A stretch of 64,000 bases of DNA from Terriglobales bacterium (lineage in GTDB: Bacteria; Acidobacteriota; Terriglobia; Terriglobales; Acidobacteriaceae). Each line of letters begins with the position of its first letter. The first letter of the stretch is position 1. This document shows positions 18,572 to 28,616 of the stretch, piece after piece. Location: contig CAWDJD010000003.1 of the NCBI GenBank assembly GCA_963802555.1, positions 88,971-152,970 on the forward strand, in the 5' to 3' direction. Made by a program: the position numbers and the translations under genes. The notes under the pieces were generated by a model. It searched no databases. It had not been told where the DNA came from and was given only the letters and a program-made list of their open reading frames with translations.

Positions 18572-18605
18572 CGGCACGGCTGTGAAGCCGTGCCCTGATA
18601 CGAAG
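18572..18605 (-). repeat. REP-like hairpin element (same family as 16723-16756, opposite orientation)
   Basis: cggcacggctgtgaagccgtgccctgatacgaag. Hairpin cggcacggc/gccgtgcc. The reverse complement begins cttcgtatcagggca. Confidence 0.6.
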
Positions 18606-18800
18606 CTGGTAAACCCCACCATTGCCCCCGCCCCGCCCCGCAGGTTATGATTCTCGGTACACCTCTACTGCACCTTATCCCTGTAATTCAGTACATGCGC
18701 AGTTCGCTGGGGCAACGAGTGTGTGCGAACCCTGGAATGCGGTTGGGCTTTTCTCGCACGTCGTTGGAGCGGCCCCACGCTTCCGTTCACGGAGCTGGCA

Positions 18801-20142
18801 TTGAGCAAGGGTAAAACCGCGGTCATCGTAGGCGCCCAGTGGGGCGATGAGGGCAAGGGCAAGATCGTCGACGTCCTCTCCGAAGAGTTCTCCATCGTGG
18901 CGCGCTATGCCGGAGGACACAATGCCGGCCACACCGTCATCATCAATGGCAAGAAATTCATCTTGCAGCTGGTACCCTGCGGCGTGCTGCGCGCCGGATG
19001 CCGCAGCGTGATTGGCAATGGCGTCGTGCTCGATCCCATGGCCTTTCTCAAGGAAGTCGCGGCCCTGCGCGAAACCGGCGTAAAGGTCGATGGCAGCCTG
19101 TTCGTCAGCAATCGCGCGCACGTGATCCTGCCCTACCATCGCATGATCGAACTCGCTTCCGAAAATGCTCCCGGACGCGTAAAGATCGGCACCACTTCCC
19201 GCGGCATCGGCCCCGCCTACGAAGACAAAATGGGACGCCGCGGCCTGCGCGTGGCCGACCTGCTTGATCTCCAGCTGTTAAAAACGCACATCGAAAACGC
19301 CTGCCGCGAGAAAAATATGATCGCGCATGCGCTGTTCAACTCCGAGCCGCTCGATCCCGACAAGATGTACCACGAGTACGCCGAAGCCTCCGCCAAGATC
19401 GCGCCGTTTGTGACCGACACGGCGGTCATGCTCAACAACGCGATCAATCAGGGCGAATCGGTAATGTTCGAAGGCGCGCAGGGCACCATGCTCGACATCG
19501 ATCACGGCACTTATCCCTTCGTCACGTCGTCGAGCGCGACTTCGGGCGGCGCGGTCATCGGCACCGGCGTCGCACCCACCGCGATTGGCACCGTCATCGG
19601 CCTGACCAAAGCCTATTGCACCCGCGTAGGCGGCGGCCCGTTCCCCTCGGAACTTTTGGATTCGACCGGCGACCAACTTCGCGCCCGCGGCAATGAATAC
19701 GGCGCAGTCACGGGACGTCCCGCGCCGCTGCGGATGGCTGGACTTGCCGCTTTTGCGCTACGCTGGCATGATTAACGGCATCTCCTGGCTGGTGGTCACG
19801 AAGCTCGACGTGCTCGACGAAATGGCTGAAATCCCCGTCTGTGTCGGCTACAAAATCGGTGGCAAGACCACGACGGAAATCCCCGCGCACGCCAGCGGAT
19901 ACGATCCCATCGAGTGCGTTTATCAAACTCTGGCGGGATGGCGCACGCCGACGGTCGGTATCAGGCAATTCGAAAAATTGCCCAAAGCCGCCCGCGAATA
20001 CTTGGCTTTCATCGAGAAAGAAACCGGCGCCCGTGTTGGCATGGTTTCCACCGGGCCAGACCGTGAGCAAACCATATTTGTCGACGACTTTGCCGCCGAG
20101 ATGAAGTCGTTGACCGGAAAGAAAATCGAGACGCACGCATAA
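18801..20142 (+). pseudogene. purA: adenylosuccinate synthetase, reading frame broken by one extra base near 19719-19724
   Basis: Frame 0 reads GKTAVIVGAQWGDEGKGKIVD..GGHNAGHT.. up to GNEYGAVTGRP. The family sequence RRCGWLDLPLLRYA..VVTKLDVLD continues in the +1 frame (the 19693 ORF). Frame 0 stops at 19775. Confidence 0.9.
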
Positions 20143-20163
20143 ATTTAGGAGACGGAGCGATCA

Positions 20164-20451
20164 ATGGTAGTGCTGGCAGTAACGTGGATGGCAAAAGTGG
20201 GTCATGAAGCGGAAGTCGCCGCAATTTTCTCCAAGCTCACCGATGAGTCCCGCAAAGAACCCGGCTGCGTGGTCTATCAGGTCCACCGCCACAAGACCGA
20301 GCCGCGCCGCTTCTTCATCTACGAACAATACAAAGACGACGCCGCCCTCGAAGCCCACCGCGCCGCCCCGCATTTTCTCCAATACGCCAAGAAAGAATTG
20401 CCGAAATTTGCCGAGCGGGTTGAGGGAAATTTGTACGAACTGTTGGGATGA
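20164..20451 (+). CDS. antibiotic-biosynthesis-monooxygenase (ABM) domain protein
   Basis: 95 aa with ABM-like features: EPGCVVYQVHRHKTEPRRFFIYEQYKDDAALEAHRAAPHF. Confidence 0.75.
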   Translation: MVVLAVTWMAKVGHEAEVAAIFSKLTDESRKEPGCVVYQVHRHKTEPRRFFIYEQYKDDAALEAHRAAPHFLQYAKKELPKFAERVEGNLYELLG

Positions 20452-20466
20452 TGTGCGCAGGCCATT

Positions 20467-20667
20467 GTGATGACTGACATCATTTCGATTATGTTGGGGG
20501 TTGCAGCGCTCCTCGCTGCCTTCCTGAGCCCAAAATTTTATTGGATAAGAGGCCGCTACTCGAGTAGCAATAAAGAAGCCCCACAGTGGGCGGGGCGCCT
20601 GCTGTTCGGTCTTGGAGGTATTCTGTTTATTGTTTTCGGCGTCAGCCGGCTAATGCGCGGCATTTGA
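20467..20667 (+). CDS. small membrane protein (hypothetical)
   Basis: 66 codons with two hydrophobic segments (IISIMLGVAALLAAFL and LLFGLGGILFIVFGV). Confidence 0.4.
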   Translation: MMTDIISIMLGVAALLAAFLSPKFYWIRGRYSSSNKEAPQWAGRLLFGLGGILFIVFGVSRLMRGI

Positions 20668-20682
20668 GTCGGAGCTAAACCC

Positions 20683-20868
20683 CTACTTATCCACGATCAA
20701 CACCCCACCCGACGCATAACTTTCCTTCGACACTTCATGAAAAGCGATCGTAATCGCCTCACGCTTGGTCACAGCCTCTTCGACCAAAACGTCGGTAATC
20801 CGCTGCGCAATCTTGCGTTTCTGCTCCGCCGTCCGTCCGGATAGCATCGTGATCTGCACCATTGGCAT
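20683..20868 (-). CDS. 4-oxalocrotonate tautomerase family protein
   Basis: 61 aa starting MPMVQITM, with Pro at position 2. Length and pattern are typical of the family. Confidence 0.8.
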   Translation of the reverse strand: MPMVQITMLSGRTAEQKRKIAQRITDVLVEEAVTKREAITIAFHEVSKESYASGGVLIVDK

Positions 20869-20879
20869 GAGAATTCTCC

Positions 20880-21305
20880 TTACTGCGCCAGTTCGTAACC
20901 CGCAAAAAAATAACTCAGCTCAAACCGCGCCGTATCTTCCGCGTCGGACCCGTGGATGGCGTTGTACTCAATGCTCGAGGCCCACTTCTTGCGAATCGTC
21001 CCTTCCTCCGCATTCGCCGGATTGGTCGCGCCCATCAGCTTGCGCAGATCGGCAATCGCATTTTCTTTCTCCAGCGCCAGCACCACAATCGGCCCGCTGG
21101 ACATAAAGTCGGTCAACGAACCGTAGAAAGGACGGCTCGCATGCACCGCATAAAACTGCTCGGCCTGATGCTTGGAAATCTCCAGCATCTTCATGGCGAT
21201 AATGCGAAAGCCGTTTTTCTCAAACTGCTCAATAATGTCTCCGACTGCATTCTTCTTCACTGCGTCGGGCTTCACGATGGTAAAAGTACGTTGCAGAGTC
21301 TTCAT
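20880..21305 (-). CDS. ndk: nucleoside-diphosphate kinase
   Basis: Motifs: [27 protein letters not shown]. Confidence 0.95.
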   Translation of the reverse strand: MKTLQRTFTIVKPDAVKKNAVGDIIEQFEKNGFRIIAMKMLEISKHQAEQFYAVHASRPFYGSLTDFMSSGPIVVLALEKENAIADLRKLMGATNPANAEEGTIRKKWASSIEYNAIHGSDAEDTARFELSYFFAGYELAQ

Positions 21306-21349
21306 AGATTTCAGTAATTCATCCTTTGCATTAAAACTCCATATTACTT

Positions 21350-21400
21350 GTCATTCCGAGAAGCGAAGCTTCGAGGAATCCGCTGTCAGCCAGCGGTGAG
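21350..21400 (+). repeat. REP element, gtcattccgagaagcg..gaggaatccgc variant
   Basis: Same family as 63379-63430 (cttgtcattccga.aagcg...cgaggaatccgct.tc.gcc.gcggt.agg). Intergenic between ndk and sucD. Confidence 0.7.
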
Positions 21401-21420
21401 GAAAATGCCGCCGCCCGCCA

Positions 21421-22305
21421 CTAAGCTTTGGCCGTCATGCCCAACGCCGCAACCAGTGTCTCCCCAATCGTCGCGGGCGATTTCGCCACCCGAATCCCGG
21501 CAGCTTCCATCGCTTTGATCTTCTCCTCGGCGGTTCCCTTCCCGCCCGAGATGATCGCCCCGGCATGCCCCATACGCCGTCCCGGTGGCGCGGTCTGCCC
21601 AGCAATAAATCCGACCACCGGCTTCTTCATGCGCGTCTTCACATACTCGGCTGCAGCTTCCTCGGCATTGCCGCCGATCTCGCCAATCATGATGACTGCC
21701 TCAGTCTGCGGATCCTTATTGAATAACTCCAAAGCGTCGAGGAAATTCGTGCCGATGATGGGATCGCCACCAATCCCAATCGCCGTCGATTGCCCGATCC
21801 CACGCGTGGTGAGTTGGTACACAGCTTCATAAGTCAGCGTCCCCGACCGCGAAACGATGCCAACATTCCCTTCTTTATGAATTCGCGCCGGCATAATCCC
21901 AATCTTGCATTTCCCGGGCGAAATAATGCCTGGACAATTCGGCCCAATCAGCCGCGAACGCCGCGTCTGCAAAAATTCCCAGGCTTTCACCATATCGAGC
22001 GTAGGAATGCCTTCAGTGATGCACACAATCAATTCAATCTCGGCATCCGCAGCTTCCATGATCGCGTCCGCAGCCGCCGGCGGAGGCACAAAAATCAGCG
22101 ATGTGTCCGCACCCGTCTTGTCCACCGCTTCCTGCATGGTGTTAAAAATGGGCCAGCCCTCATGCGTAGTCCCGCCCTTGCCCGGAGTCACTCCCCCGAC
22201 AATCTTGGTTCCATACTCCGCGCAGGCCTTGGCGTGAAACGTACCCTCGCGCCCAGTCAACCCCTGCACAATTACCTTCGTAGATTTATCAACCAGAATG
22301 CTCAT
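21421..22305 (-). CDS. sucD: succinate--CoA ligase subunit alpha
   Basis: Motifs: [37 protein letters not shown]. Confidence 0.97.
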   Translation of the reverse strand: MSILVDKSTKVIVQGLTGREGTFHAKACAEYGTKIVGGVTPGKGGTTHEGWPIFNTMQEAVDKTGADTSLIFVPPPAAADAIMEAADAEIELIVCITEGIPTLDMVKAWEFLQTRRSRLIGPNCPGIISPGKCKIGIMPARIHKEGNVGIVSRSGTLTYEAVYQLTTRGIGQSTAIGIGGDPIIGTNFLDALELFNKDPQTEAVIMIGEIGGNAEEAAAEYVKTRMKKPVVGFIAGQTAPPGRRMGHAGAIISGGKGTAEEKIKAMEAAGIRVAKSPATIGETLVAALGMTAKA

Positions 22306-22333
22306 AAAATATCTTCCCTACTCCAAAACCCTT

Positions 22334-22396
22334 GTCATCCTGAGCGCAACATTTCTTTCGTTTCACGAGAGAAATGCGGAGTCGAAGGACCCCTAC
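22334..22396 (+). repeat. half copy of the gtcatcctgagcg...gagtcgaaggaccccta element
   Basis: Carries the terminal motif gtcatcctgagcg, an internal hairpin and gagtcgaaggacccctac. Sits inside the 107-bp sucC-sucD spacer. Confidence 0.8.
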
Positions 22397-22412
22397 ACCC
22401 TCAACCGCCGCC

Positions 22413-23585
22413 TCACCCTCTCGCCGCCGCCACCACTTTCTCCGCTGCGTCCTTCATGGTCTCCGCCACAATAAAATTAAATCCCGACTCTTTCAAAATC
22501 TCTCGCCCCTGCTCCACATTCGTCCCCTCCAGCCGCAACACAATCGGCAACTGAATCTTGGTTTTCGTTGCCGCTTCAACCACGCCGCGAGCCAGCGTGT
22601 CCACTCGTAAAATCCCGCCAAAAATATTGATCAGCACAGCCTTCACGCTCTTATCGCTGAGAAGGATTTCAAACGCGTGCGTCACCTGCTCGGCATTGGC
22701 CCCGCCGCCCACATCCAAAAAGTTCGCAGGCATCCCACCGGCGTACTTGATGATGTCCATAGTCGCCATCGCCAGCCCAGCGCCATTCACCATGCAGCCA
22801 ACGCTGCCATCCAGCTTGATGTAGTTCAAGCTGTACTTCGAAGCCTCGACTTCCAGCGGATCTTCCTCAGTCACATCTCGCAATTCCTTGAGATCAGGAT
22901 GCCGGAAGAGTGCATTGTCATCGAACGCCACTTTCGCATCGAGCGCAAACAGCCGTCCGTCGGTGCAAGTGATAAACGGATTGATTTCGATCATCGACGA
23001 ATCCGTCTCTTCGAAGGCCTTATACAAGCCAGTCATGAAGCGCACGGCTTCGTTGATCTGCGCCGGCTTCAACCCCAGCTTGAACGCAAGCTTGCGCGCC
23101 TGGAACGCTCCCAATCCCAACTTCGGTTCGATGTACTCCCTAAGAATGGCATCCGGATTCTCCTCCGCCACTTGCTCAATCTCCATTCCGCCCGCCGCCG
23201 ACGCCATAAACACTGGCTTCGCTTCCGCACGATCGATCACAATTCCGAGATAAAGTTCTTTCTCAATCGGCAAAGTCTCTTCGATCAGCAACCGCTGCAC
23301 CAGCTTGCCTTCCGGCCCCGTCTGGTGCGTCACCAATGTCATCCCCAGAATTTTGGACGCCAGTTCCGCAGCTTCTTCCACCGACTTGGCGATCTTCACT
23401 CCGCCACCCTTGCCGCGGCCTCCGGCATGGATCTGGGCTTTCACTACCACCCCAGTCGCGCCTGAATTGAACAGATTCTTCGCCGCCGCTTCGGCTTGTT
23501 CGCGCGTAGTCGCCACCTCGCCGCGCGGCACCGCCACGCCATACTTTCTGAGAATCTGTTTGGCCTGGTACTCATGAATTTTCAT
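22413..23585 (-). CDS. sucC: succinate--CoA ligase subunit beta
   Basis: Starts [17 protein letters not shown] and is ATP-grasp-like throughout. The ORF is open to 23627. Confidence 0.97.
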   Translation of the reverse strand: MKIHEYQAKQILRKYGVAVPRGEVATTREQAEAAAKNLFNSGATGVVVKAQIHAGGRGKGGGVKIAKSVEEAAELASKILGMTLVTHQTGPEGKLVQRLLIEETLPIEKELYLGIVIDRAEAKPVFMASAAGGMEIEQVAEENPDAILREYIEPKLGLGAFQARKLAFKLGLKPAQINEAVRFMTGLYKAFEETDSSMIEINPFITCTDGRLFALDAKVAFDDNALFRHPDLKELRDVTEEDPLEVEASKYSLNYIKLDGSVGCMVNGAGLAMATMDIIKYAGGMPANFLDVGGGANAEQVTHAFEILLSDKSVKAVLINIFGGILRVDTLARGVVEAATKTKIQLPIVLRLEGTNVEQGREILKESGFNFIVAETMKDAAEKVVAAARG

Positions 23586-23757
23586 AATGATTCCTGATGC
23601 AATCCGTTCCAACCTATATTGGATCAACTTAACTGGATCAACCTATGATGATCGGCAGGTCTCGCTTGCGGCTTAAGACTTCGGGCAGCAAACTATTGAT
23701 TCTATAGAAGGGCAGAGGAGTTGGGCAAACGCCAGCGCGTTGAAACCGGTAGACTTT

Positions 23758-23833
23758 GATTTTGGGTGGCGCAGCGCTTCCTAGCGCTGCGATAAAAGGT
23801 CTGTCTTCTGCACGCGCTTCAGCCCCTGAGGTT
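23758..23833 (+). repeat. REP element (gattttgggtggcgcagcgct..gcgataaa family)
   Basis: About 75 bp, with a second copy in the same orientation at 62415-62488. Each abuts the 3' end of a minus-strand gene. Confidence 0.75.
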
Positions 23834-25074
23834 TACCGAAGCTCGCTACCCTCTTCAACCTCCAGCCGATACCCCTTAATCTCCCGCCTCACCGTTTCCA
23901 GCGCCCCATACTTCCACAGATTCGCAGGCTCGATATCGTCGTGAGTATTGGCGTCGAATCCCTCATCCGGCGGGCCAAACTCATTGAACTGATGAATGAT
24001 TAGAAACATTGGTTGGAGCTCTCCTGCATACCTCATGAACGAATCAAACGTAACGTAGGACTTGTCTTCTCCGAAACGCAGCGCATCATCTGGACAATAG
24101 GGCAGTGCATCCGGGTTCGGGCAGCCCCATCCGTCCTGCCCCGCCGTCGCAATGGAAACGGTGAAATTCTCTACTCTGGACCCAACCTGGTTATACGACG
24201 GATAGTACGGGCACAGCGCCCCGGTGCAGTTGGTATTCAGCCGGTCCACCCAGCTCCAGAACCCGTACGCCGGATTGATCGCGATCGGCCCATTTGGCGT
24301 ACCCTGCATCGCCCACAGACCGGGCTGGCTGTCGAGATATCCGGCCACGAATTTGAAAGTGTATTTCCCGCTAATCTCGGGATGGCGTTGCAAAAACTGT
24401 TCCAGCCGGAACCATAAAGGACGGTCGGCAGAATCCGGGTCCTGCGCCGCGCCCAGAAAAATCAACATGAGCGGCTTGCCTTCATAAATCACGCCCAGAT
24501 TCGGATATCGCCGCAAGCGCGCGCCGAAATATTCGATCTCTTTTTCGAACGCAGTTTTGCCGTCGATATCTTTAATCAAGACACTATTATCGATGCCGCC
24601 GAGCATGGGAATTAATTTCAGGCGCGTCCCCAGCCCCGCCCACGCAGGATAAAGATTCCCGGTATTGTCGCGAATACTCTGGTTGTTCCTTCGAAACGAC
24701 GCTGTGCAGTTGTGGACATATTTCTTAACGAACCACTCGCTATTGAAAATACAGCTAACGTTATTCGTCACTTCGCTAATGGCCGCATCCACCCCCATGT
24801 ATTCCAACCAGGCGAAATGCTTCTTGATCACGCCCGGATCGGCGCTGTCATAACCACCTCCAACCGCCTGCATGTCTGCCGATTGCAGCAGCGGCAACGC
24901 CGAAAATCCCTGAAAGTTCAACGCTTTCGGCCCAAACCAGGCTTCATACTCCATCACCACCACATGGCTGTTCTCGTCGACGACCAACGGCCCGCGCGCA
25001 TCAGCGGACGATGCCGCCGCCAACACCGGCACCAGAACCAATAACAATCGCGCAGTGTGGAGAATCATTCTCAA
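23833..25074 (-). CDS. hypothetical secreted protein (weakly glycoside-hydrolase-like)
   Basis: 413-codon ORF with signal peptide MRMILHTARLLLVLVPVLAAASSA. The segment YDSADPGVIKKHFAWLEYMGVDAAI faintly recalls TIM-barrel glycosidases. The product call is weak. Confidence 0.5.
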   Translation of the reverse strand: MRMILHTARLLLVLVPVLAAASSADARGPLVVDENSHVVVMEYEAWFGPKALNFQGFSALPLLQSADMQAVGGGYDSADPGVIKKHFAWLEYMGVDAAISEVTNNVSCIFNSEWFVKKYVHNCTASFRRNNQSIRDNTGNLYPAWAGLGTRLKLIPMLGGIDNSVLIKDIDGKTAFEKEIEYFGARLRRYPNLGVIYEGKPLMLIFLGAAQDPDSADRPLWFRLEQFLQRHPEISGKYTFKFVAGYLDSQPGLWAMQGTPNGPIAINPAYGFWSWVDRLNTNCTGALCPYYPSYNQVGSRVENFTVSIATAGQDGWGCPNPDALPYCPDDALRFGEDKSYVTFDSFMRYAGELQPMFLIIHQFNEFGPPDEGFDANTHDDIEPANLWKYGALETVRREIKGYRLEVEEGSELR

Positions 25075-25253
25075 GAGTCCCCAATTCTAACCCGTGTGCG
25101 AGCACAAAGTTTCCGACAGGATGGGGAGCCCATTCAAGCCCGGGTTTGGCTTGAGTTCGGCTAGAAGCAATGATTTTCCCAAAATGGGAATTTGGGCTAA
25201 CTTCAACCATCCAAGCCACTTCCGCTATTTGTACGTACATTCCGGTAAGCACA

Positions 25254-25307
25254 AAATGTTCCCCGGGGAACATTTGTGCAAATCGACGTTGTGTTCCCCG
25301 GGGAACA
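25254..25307. promoter_or_regulatory. two copies of the palindrome TGTTCCCCGGGGAACA upstream of trpD (candidate operator pair)
   Basis: 25254-25275 is a perfect 22-nt palindrome (AAATGTTCCCCGGGGAACATTT). 25292-25307 is a perfect 16-nt palindrome with the same core. Centres are 35 bp apart, and the second ends 41 nt before the trpD ATG. Confidence 0.5.
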
Positions 25308-25347
25308 TTTCTCCATTTTGCAGACCAATGCTAACCTCATTACACCC

Positions 25348-26391
25348 ATGATTCTGGACGCCCTACACCGCATCGCCAATCATCGTGAGTCGCTTTCCCG
25401 CGATGAGGCCCGCGCCGTCATGGCGGAAGTCCTTTCCGGTCAGTGCACCGACTCGCAGATCGCAGCCCTGCTGGTCGCCCTGCACATGAAGGGCGAAACG
25501 GTCGAGGAGATCGTTGGCTTCGCGGAAGCCATCCGCGCCGCGGCGGCGCCCATGAATCTGCACTCCGGCCTCGACGTCAGCGGCACCGGGCGTGACGCTC
25601 TGGTCGACACCTGCGGCACCGGCGGCGACGCCAGCGGCACCTTCAACATTTCGACCGCGACAGCTTTCGTGGTCGCCGGCGCGGGCGTGCGCGTGGCCAA
25701 GCACGGCAATCGCAGCGTGACTTCGAAGTGCGGTTCGGCTGACGTCATGGAAGCTCTGGGCGTCAACCTCAGTCTTCCTCCGACGCGGCTCGCCGAATGC
25801 TTGCAGGAAGTTGGCATCGCCTTTCTGTTTGCGCCCGCCATGCATTCGGCGATGAAGCATGTGCAGGCCGCCCGTCGCGAGCTTCGCTTGCGCACCGTCT
25901 TCAATCTTCTGGGCCCGCTGACGAATCCCGCGGGCGCCTCGGCGCAGGTAGTCGGCGTCTATTCGGTCGAGCTGGTGGAAAAACTGGCGGAAGCTCTCAG
26001 CATGCTGGGACTGCATCGAGCGCTGGTGGTACATGGACTCGACGGCCTGGACGAAATCACCATCACCGGCCCCACCCGTGTTGCCGAGGTCCGCGAAGGC
26101 AACGTCCGCACCTACGAAGTCACGCCGGAGGAATTTGGGATGAAGCGCGCTCGCATCGAAGAGATCGCCGGCGGTGACGCCGCTGCTAACGCAGTCATCA
26201 TTCGTGAAGTTCTTGCGGGAAAGAAGTCGCCGCGCCGGGATGTCGTCCTGCTCAACGCGGCCGCCGCACTGGTGGCCGCAGGCAAAGCCGATCATCTGGC
26301 TGACGCTTTGCCGTTCGCGGTGAAGTCGATTGACGCAGGCGCGGCCGCTGGCAAACTGGAAGCGCTCGTCCGTTTTACCGCGCGCACGTAG
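25348..26391 (+). CDS. trpD: anthranilate phosphoribosyltransferase
   Basis: Motifs: [50 protein letters not shown]. The ORF is open from 25276. Confidence 0.95.
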   Translation: MILDALHRIANHRESLSRDEARAVMAEVLSGQCTDSQIAALLVALHMKGETVEEIVGFAEAIRAAAAPMNLHSGLDVSGTGRDALVDTCGTGGDASGTFNISTATAFVVAGAGVRVAKHGNRSVTSKCGSADVMEALGVNLSLPPTRLAECLQEVGIAFLFAPAMHSAMKHVQAARRELRLRTVFNLLGPLTNPAGASAQVVGVYSVELVEKLAEALSMLGLHRALVVHGLDGLDEITITGPTRVAEVREGNVRTYEVTPEEFGMKRARIEEIAGGDAAANAVIIREVLAGKKSPRRDVVLLNAAAALVAAGKADHLADALPFAVKSIDAGAAAGKLEALVRFTART

Positions 26392-26399
26392 CTGGATTG

Positions 26400-26876
26400 C
26401 TAGTGTGCTTTCTTCTTCTGCGCTTCGATCTGCTCCAGATGTTTTGCGCTATGCGTGTCGAGCTTCTCGACGATCTCGGCGAGTCGCCATTCCCGTTTGA
26501 GTTCAGGATGAAAAGCTGACTTCTCCAGGTCGGTCGCCTTGAGCCGCCGCAAAATTTGCAGGTTGGCGTGACGGTTCACTCCGTAGAGCGCAATCATCTC
26601 GGCGGGAGGCGTCTCCAGGTATCCAAGATTTTGTGCCCACGCATCCTGGTCCATGGGCACGATTGTTGATTTCGGATCGGCAAGTATTTGGCGGATGCGA
26701 TGACCGAACACTATTTCGACGTCCGCGAGGTGTCCCAGGATTTCCAGGATGCACCACTTGTCCGGCGCAGGTTTGTAGCGCAGCGTCTTGTCGGGCAGGC
26801 CGGCGACTGCCATCGCCGTTTGCTTGGGACTTTTCTCTGCAGCCTCAATGTGCTTTTTGAATTCGGATTCCGTCAT
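26400..26876 (-). CDS. DinB-family protein
   Basis: 158 aa, four-helix DinB-like (WCILEILGHLADVE..HANLQILRR..KLDTHSAKHLEQI). Confidence 0.7.
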   Translation of the reverse strand: MTESEFKKHIEAAEKSPKQTAMAVAGLPDKTLRYKPAPDKWCILEILGHLADVEIVFGHRIRQILADPKSTIVPMDQDAWAQNLGYLETPPAEMIALYGVNRHANLQILRRLKATDLEKSAFHPELKREWRLAEIVEKLDTHSAKHLEQIEAQKKKAH

Positions 26877-26894
26877 GCTGTCTCCTGATCAGTT

Positions 26895-28616
26895 TCACTT
26901 CACCGCGGCCGGAACTGCGATCTTGAAAGTGTTGTGACTCATGTCGCTTTCCGGGACGCTGCCATCGTTGACTACGACCTCCTGCGGAGTGGCCGCGCAG
27001 GGTATGCGGACCAAGGCTTTGGATTTGGCAGGGACCTCAAGTCGCTTGGTCACTTCGCCTCCATCCATTTTCACGATGACAGGCACCTCGGCTCCGGCCT
27101 CTCCCAGATTTTCTACCGAGAGTGTGGCCACATAGCCGTTCCCGGTGGCAGGTCGCGTGAAGGCAGACTCCACTCGAAAATCCGGCAGGCCGCGATCATG
27201 ATAAACCCAGCCATCGAAGAACCATTGCAAGTCCCGTTTAGCCTGGGCCTCGAACAGATGCTGCAGGTAAGCCGGATCTTTGTCCTGCTCAGGATGGTAG
27301 GCGGCGAGAGCTTTCTTGAAAGCGTCGTCGCCGACGGTATCGCGCAGCATCCACCATACGAACATCGCTTTGCTGCGATAGAACTCTTCGTTGCTGGTAT
27401 TGATCAGCGCGTCGTGCGCATCGTCCTTGTGATTCGCCGCCAGCGTTTTTTCGGTGTCCGCGATGGCGTTGCGATGCGATGCCATGAAATCGAGCGCCGC
27501 CTGCCGTCCCGCCGTTTGCTCCACCGCAAGCGCCTGCGCGAAATGGGCGAGGCCTTCGTAGATCCACAAGCGCGGCGATGGGAAAGCGGCGTGAACCAAC
27601 TGGTGGACTGCGTCAAGGCCGTACAGGCGGGAGTCGCTGGTATTGAGCGGAGTCAGCAGGAGAGTGCCGCTCTCGTAAGGCGAGGCGTCATGGTCGGCGA
27701 GTTCAATGACGCCAACTTTCTCGCGCGGCGCTCCGAACCATTCGGTGACCAGGGGGACCGCCAATTCCGCCGACAAAGCGTAGTTGTCCGCCGCGGACTG
27801 GTGTTCGAACAGATGGAAAATGCTGATCGCCTGGTGCTCGAGCACGGAGTATTCCCCGAGCGCAAAGGTTGGAACCTCGTTCCCCAGCGGAGCGTAGGAA
27901 CAATCCGCGGAAAGCTGGCGGGCTTTGTCCGTGACCGCGTACATGGGCGCGGGGCCCGGAGAGTTGCACAACAGGAACACGGGAGTCTCCGAGCCTTCCT
28001 CCGAGGAATCGAAATGGATTTTCATTCCGGCCTGCGCTTCTCTTTGGTTCCATTTTCCTATGGTCTCGAAAACGCTGTTACCCTCCGACAAATTCGCGAG
28101 GTCGGTGGCCACGGGATACCACGCCACGTATCCAATCCCGCGCACTGCCGTGAACGAGCTGCCAATCTGGTCCCAATCGGTGTGCTCTGCTACTTTTTTC
28201 GGCACTCCAATGCGGGTCAGCCGCGTGGCATCGAGCGGAATCACGCCTTCATAGCCAATCTCCAATTCGACCATGCCCTTGGGTGGAACCTCCTGCGGCA
28301 GCGTAATGATCGCCTCCGAAAGCTCGCCGGTGTGATCAATGTCGGAGGCGTAGGGCTGTGTGACGTACTGGACCGCCTTGTTCTCTATGTGAATCGAGCG
28401 CCAGTTAAGCGTGGACGAAATCTGCAGGCAGATGTTCTTTTGCGGGGACGCCGAATCATTGCGAAGAGTAATCTTGCCGCGGACCGCCAGCCGTTGCTGC
28501 TCAGGCTCGATACGCACATCCAAATCGTATTTCGTAAAAGTGAAAGCTTCGCGATCCAGGGCAAGACAGTTCGCGGCGGAAGCTACAAGAATACAAAGCA
28601 CGAAAAGAAACTTCAT
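26895..28616 (-). CDS. secreted M1 (aminopeptidase N-like) family homologue with HQxxH in place of HExxH
   Basis: Signal peptide. M1-like N-terminal domain (FTKYDLDVRIEPEQQRLAVRGKITLRN). Zinc-site region AVHQLVHAAF...WIYEGLAHFA. Confidence 0.65.
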   Translation of the reverse strand: MKFLFVLCILVASAANCLALDREAFTFTKYDLDVRIEPEQQRLAVRGKITLRNDSASPQKNICLQISSTLNWRSIHIENKAVQYVTQPYASDIDHTGELSEAIITLPQEVPPKGMVELEIGYEGVIPLDATRLTRIGVPKKVAEHTDWDQIGSSFTAVRGIGYVAWYPVATDLANLSEGNSVFETIGKWNQREAQAGMKIHFDSSEEGSETPVFLLCNSPGPAPMYAVTDKARQLSADCSYAPLGNEVPTFALGEYSVLEHQAISIFHLFEHQSAADNYALSAELAVPLVTEWFGAPREKVGVIELADHDASPYESGTLLLTPLNTSDSRLYGLDAVHQLVHAAFPSPRLWIYEGLAHFAQALAVEQTAGRQAALDFMASHRNAIADTEKTLAANHKDDAHDALINTSNEEFYRSKAMFVWWMLRDTVGDDAFKKALAAYHPEQDKDPAYLQHLFEAQAKRDLQWFFDGWVYHDRGLPDFRVESAFTRPATGNGYVATLSVENLGEAGAEVPVIVKMDGGEVTKRLEVPAKSKALVRIPCAATPQEVVVNDGSVPESDMSHNTFKIAVPAAVK

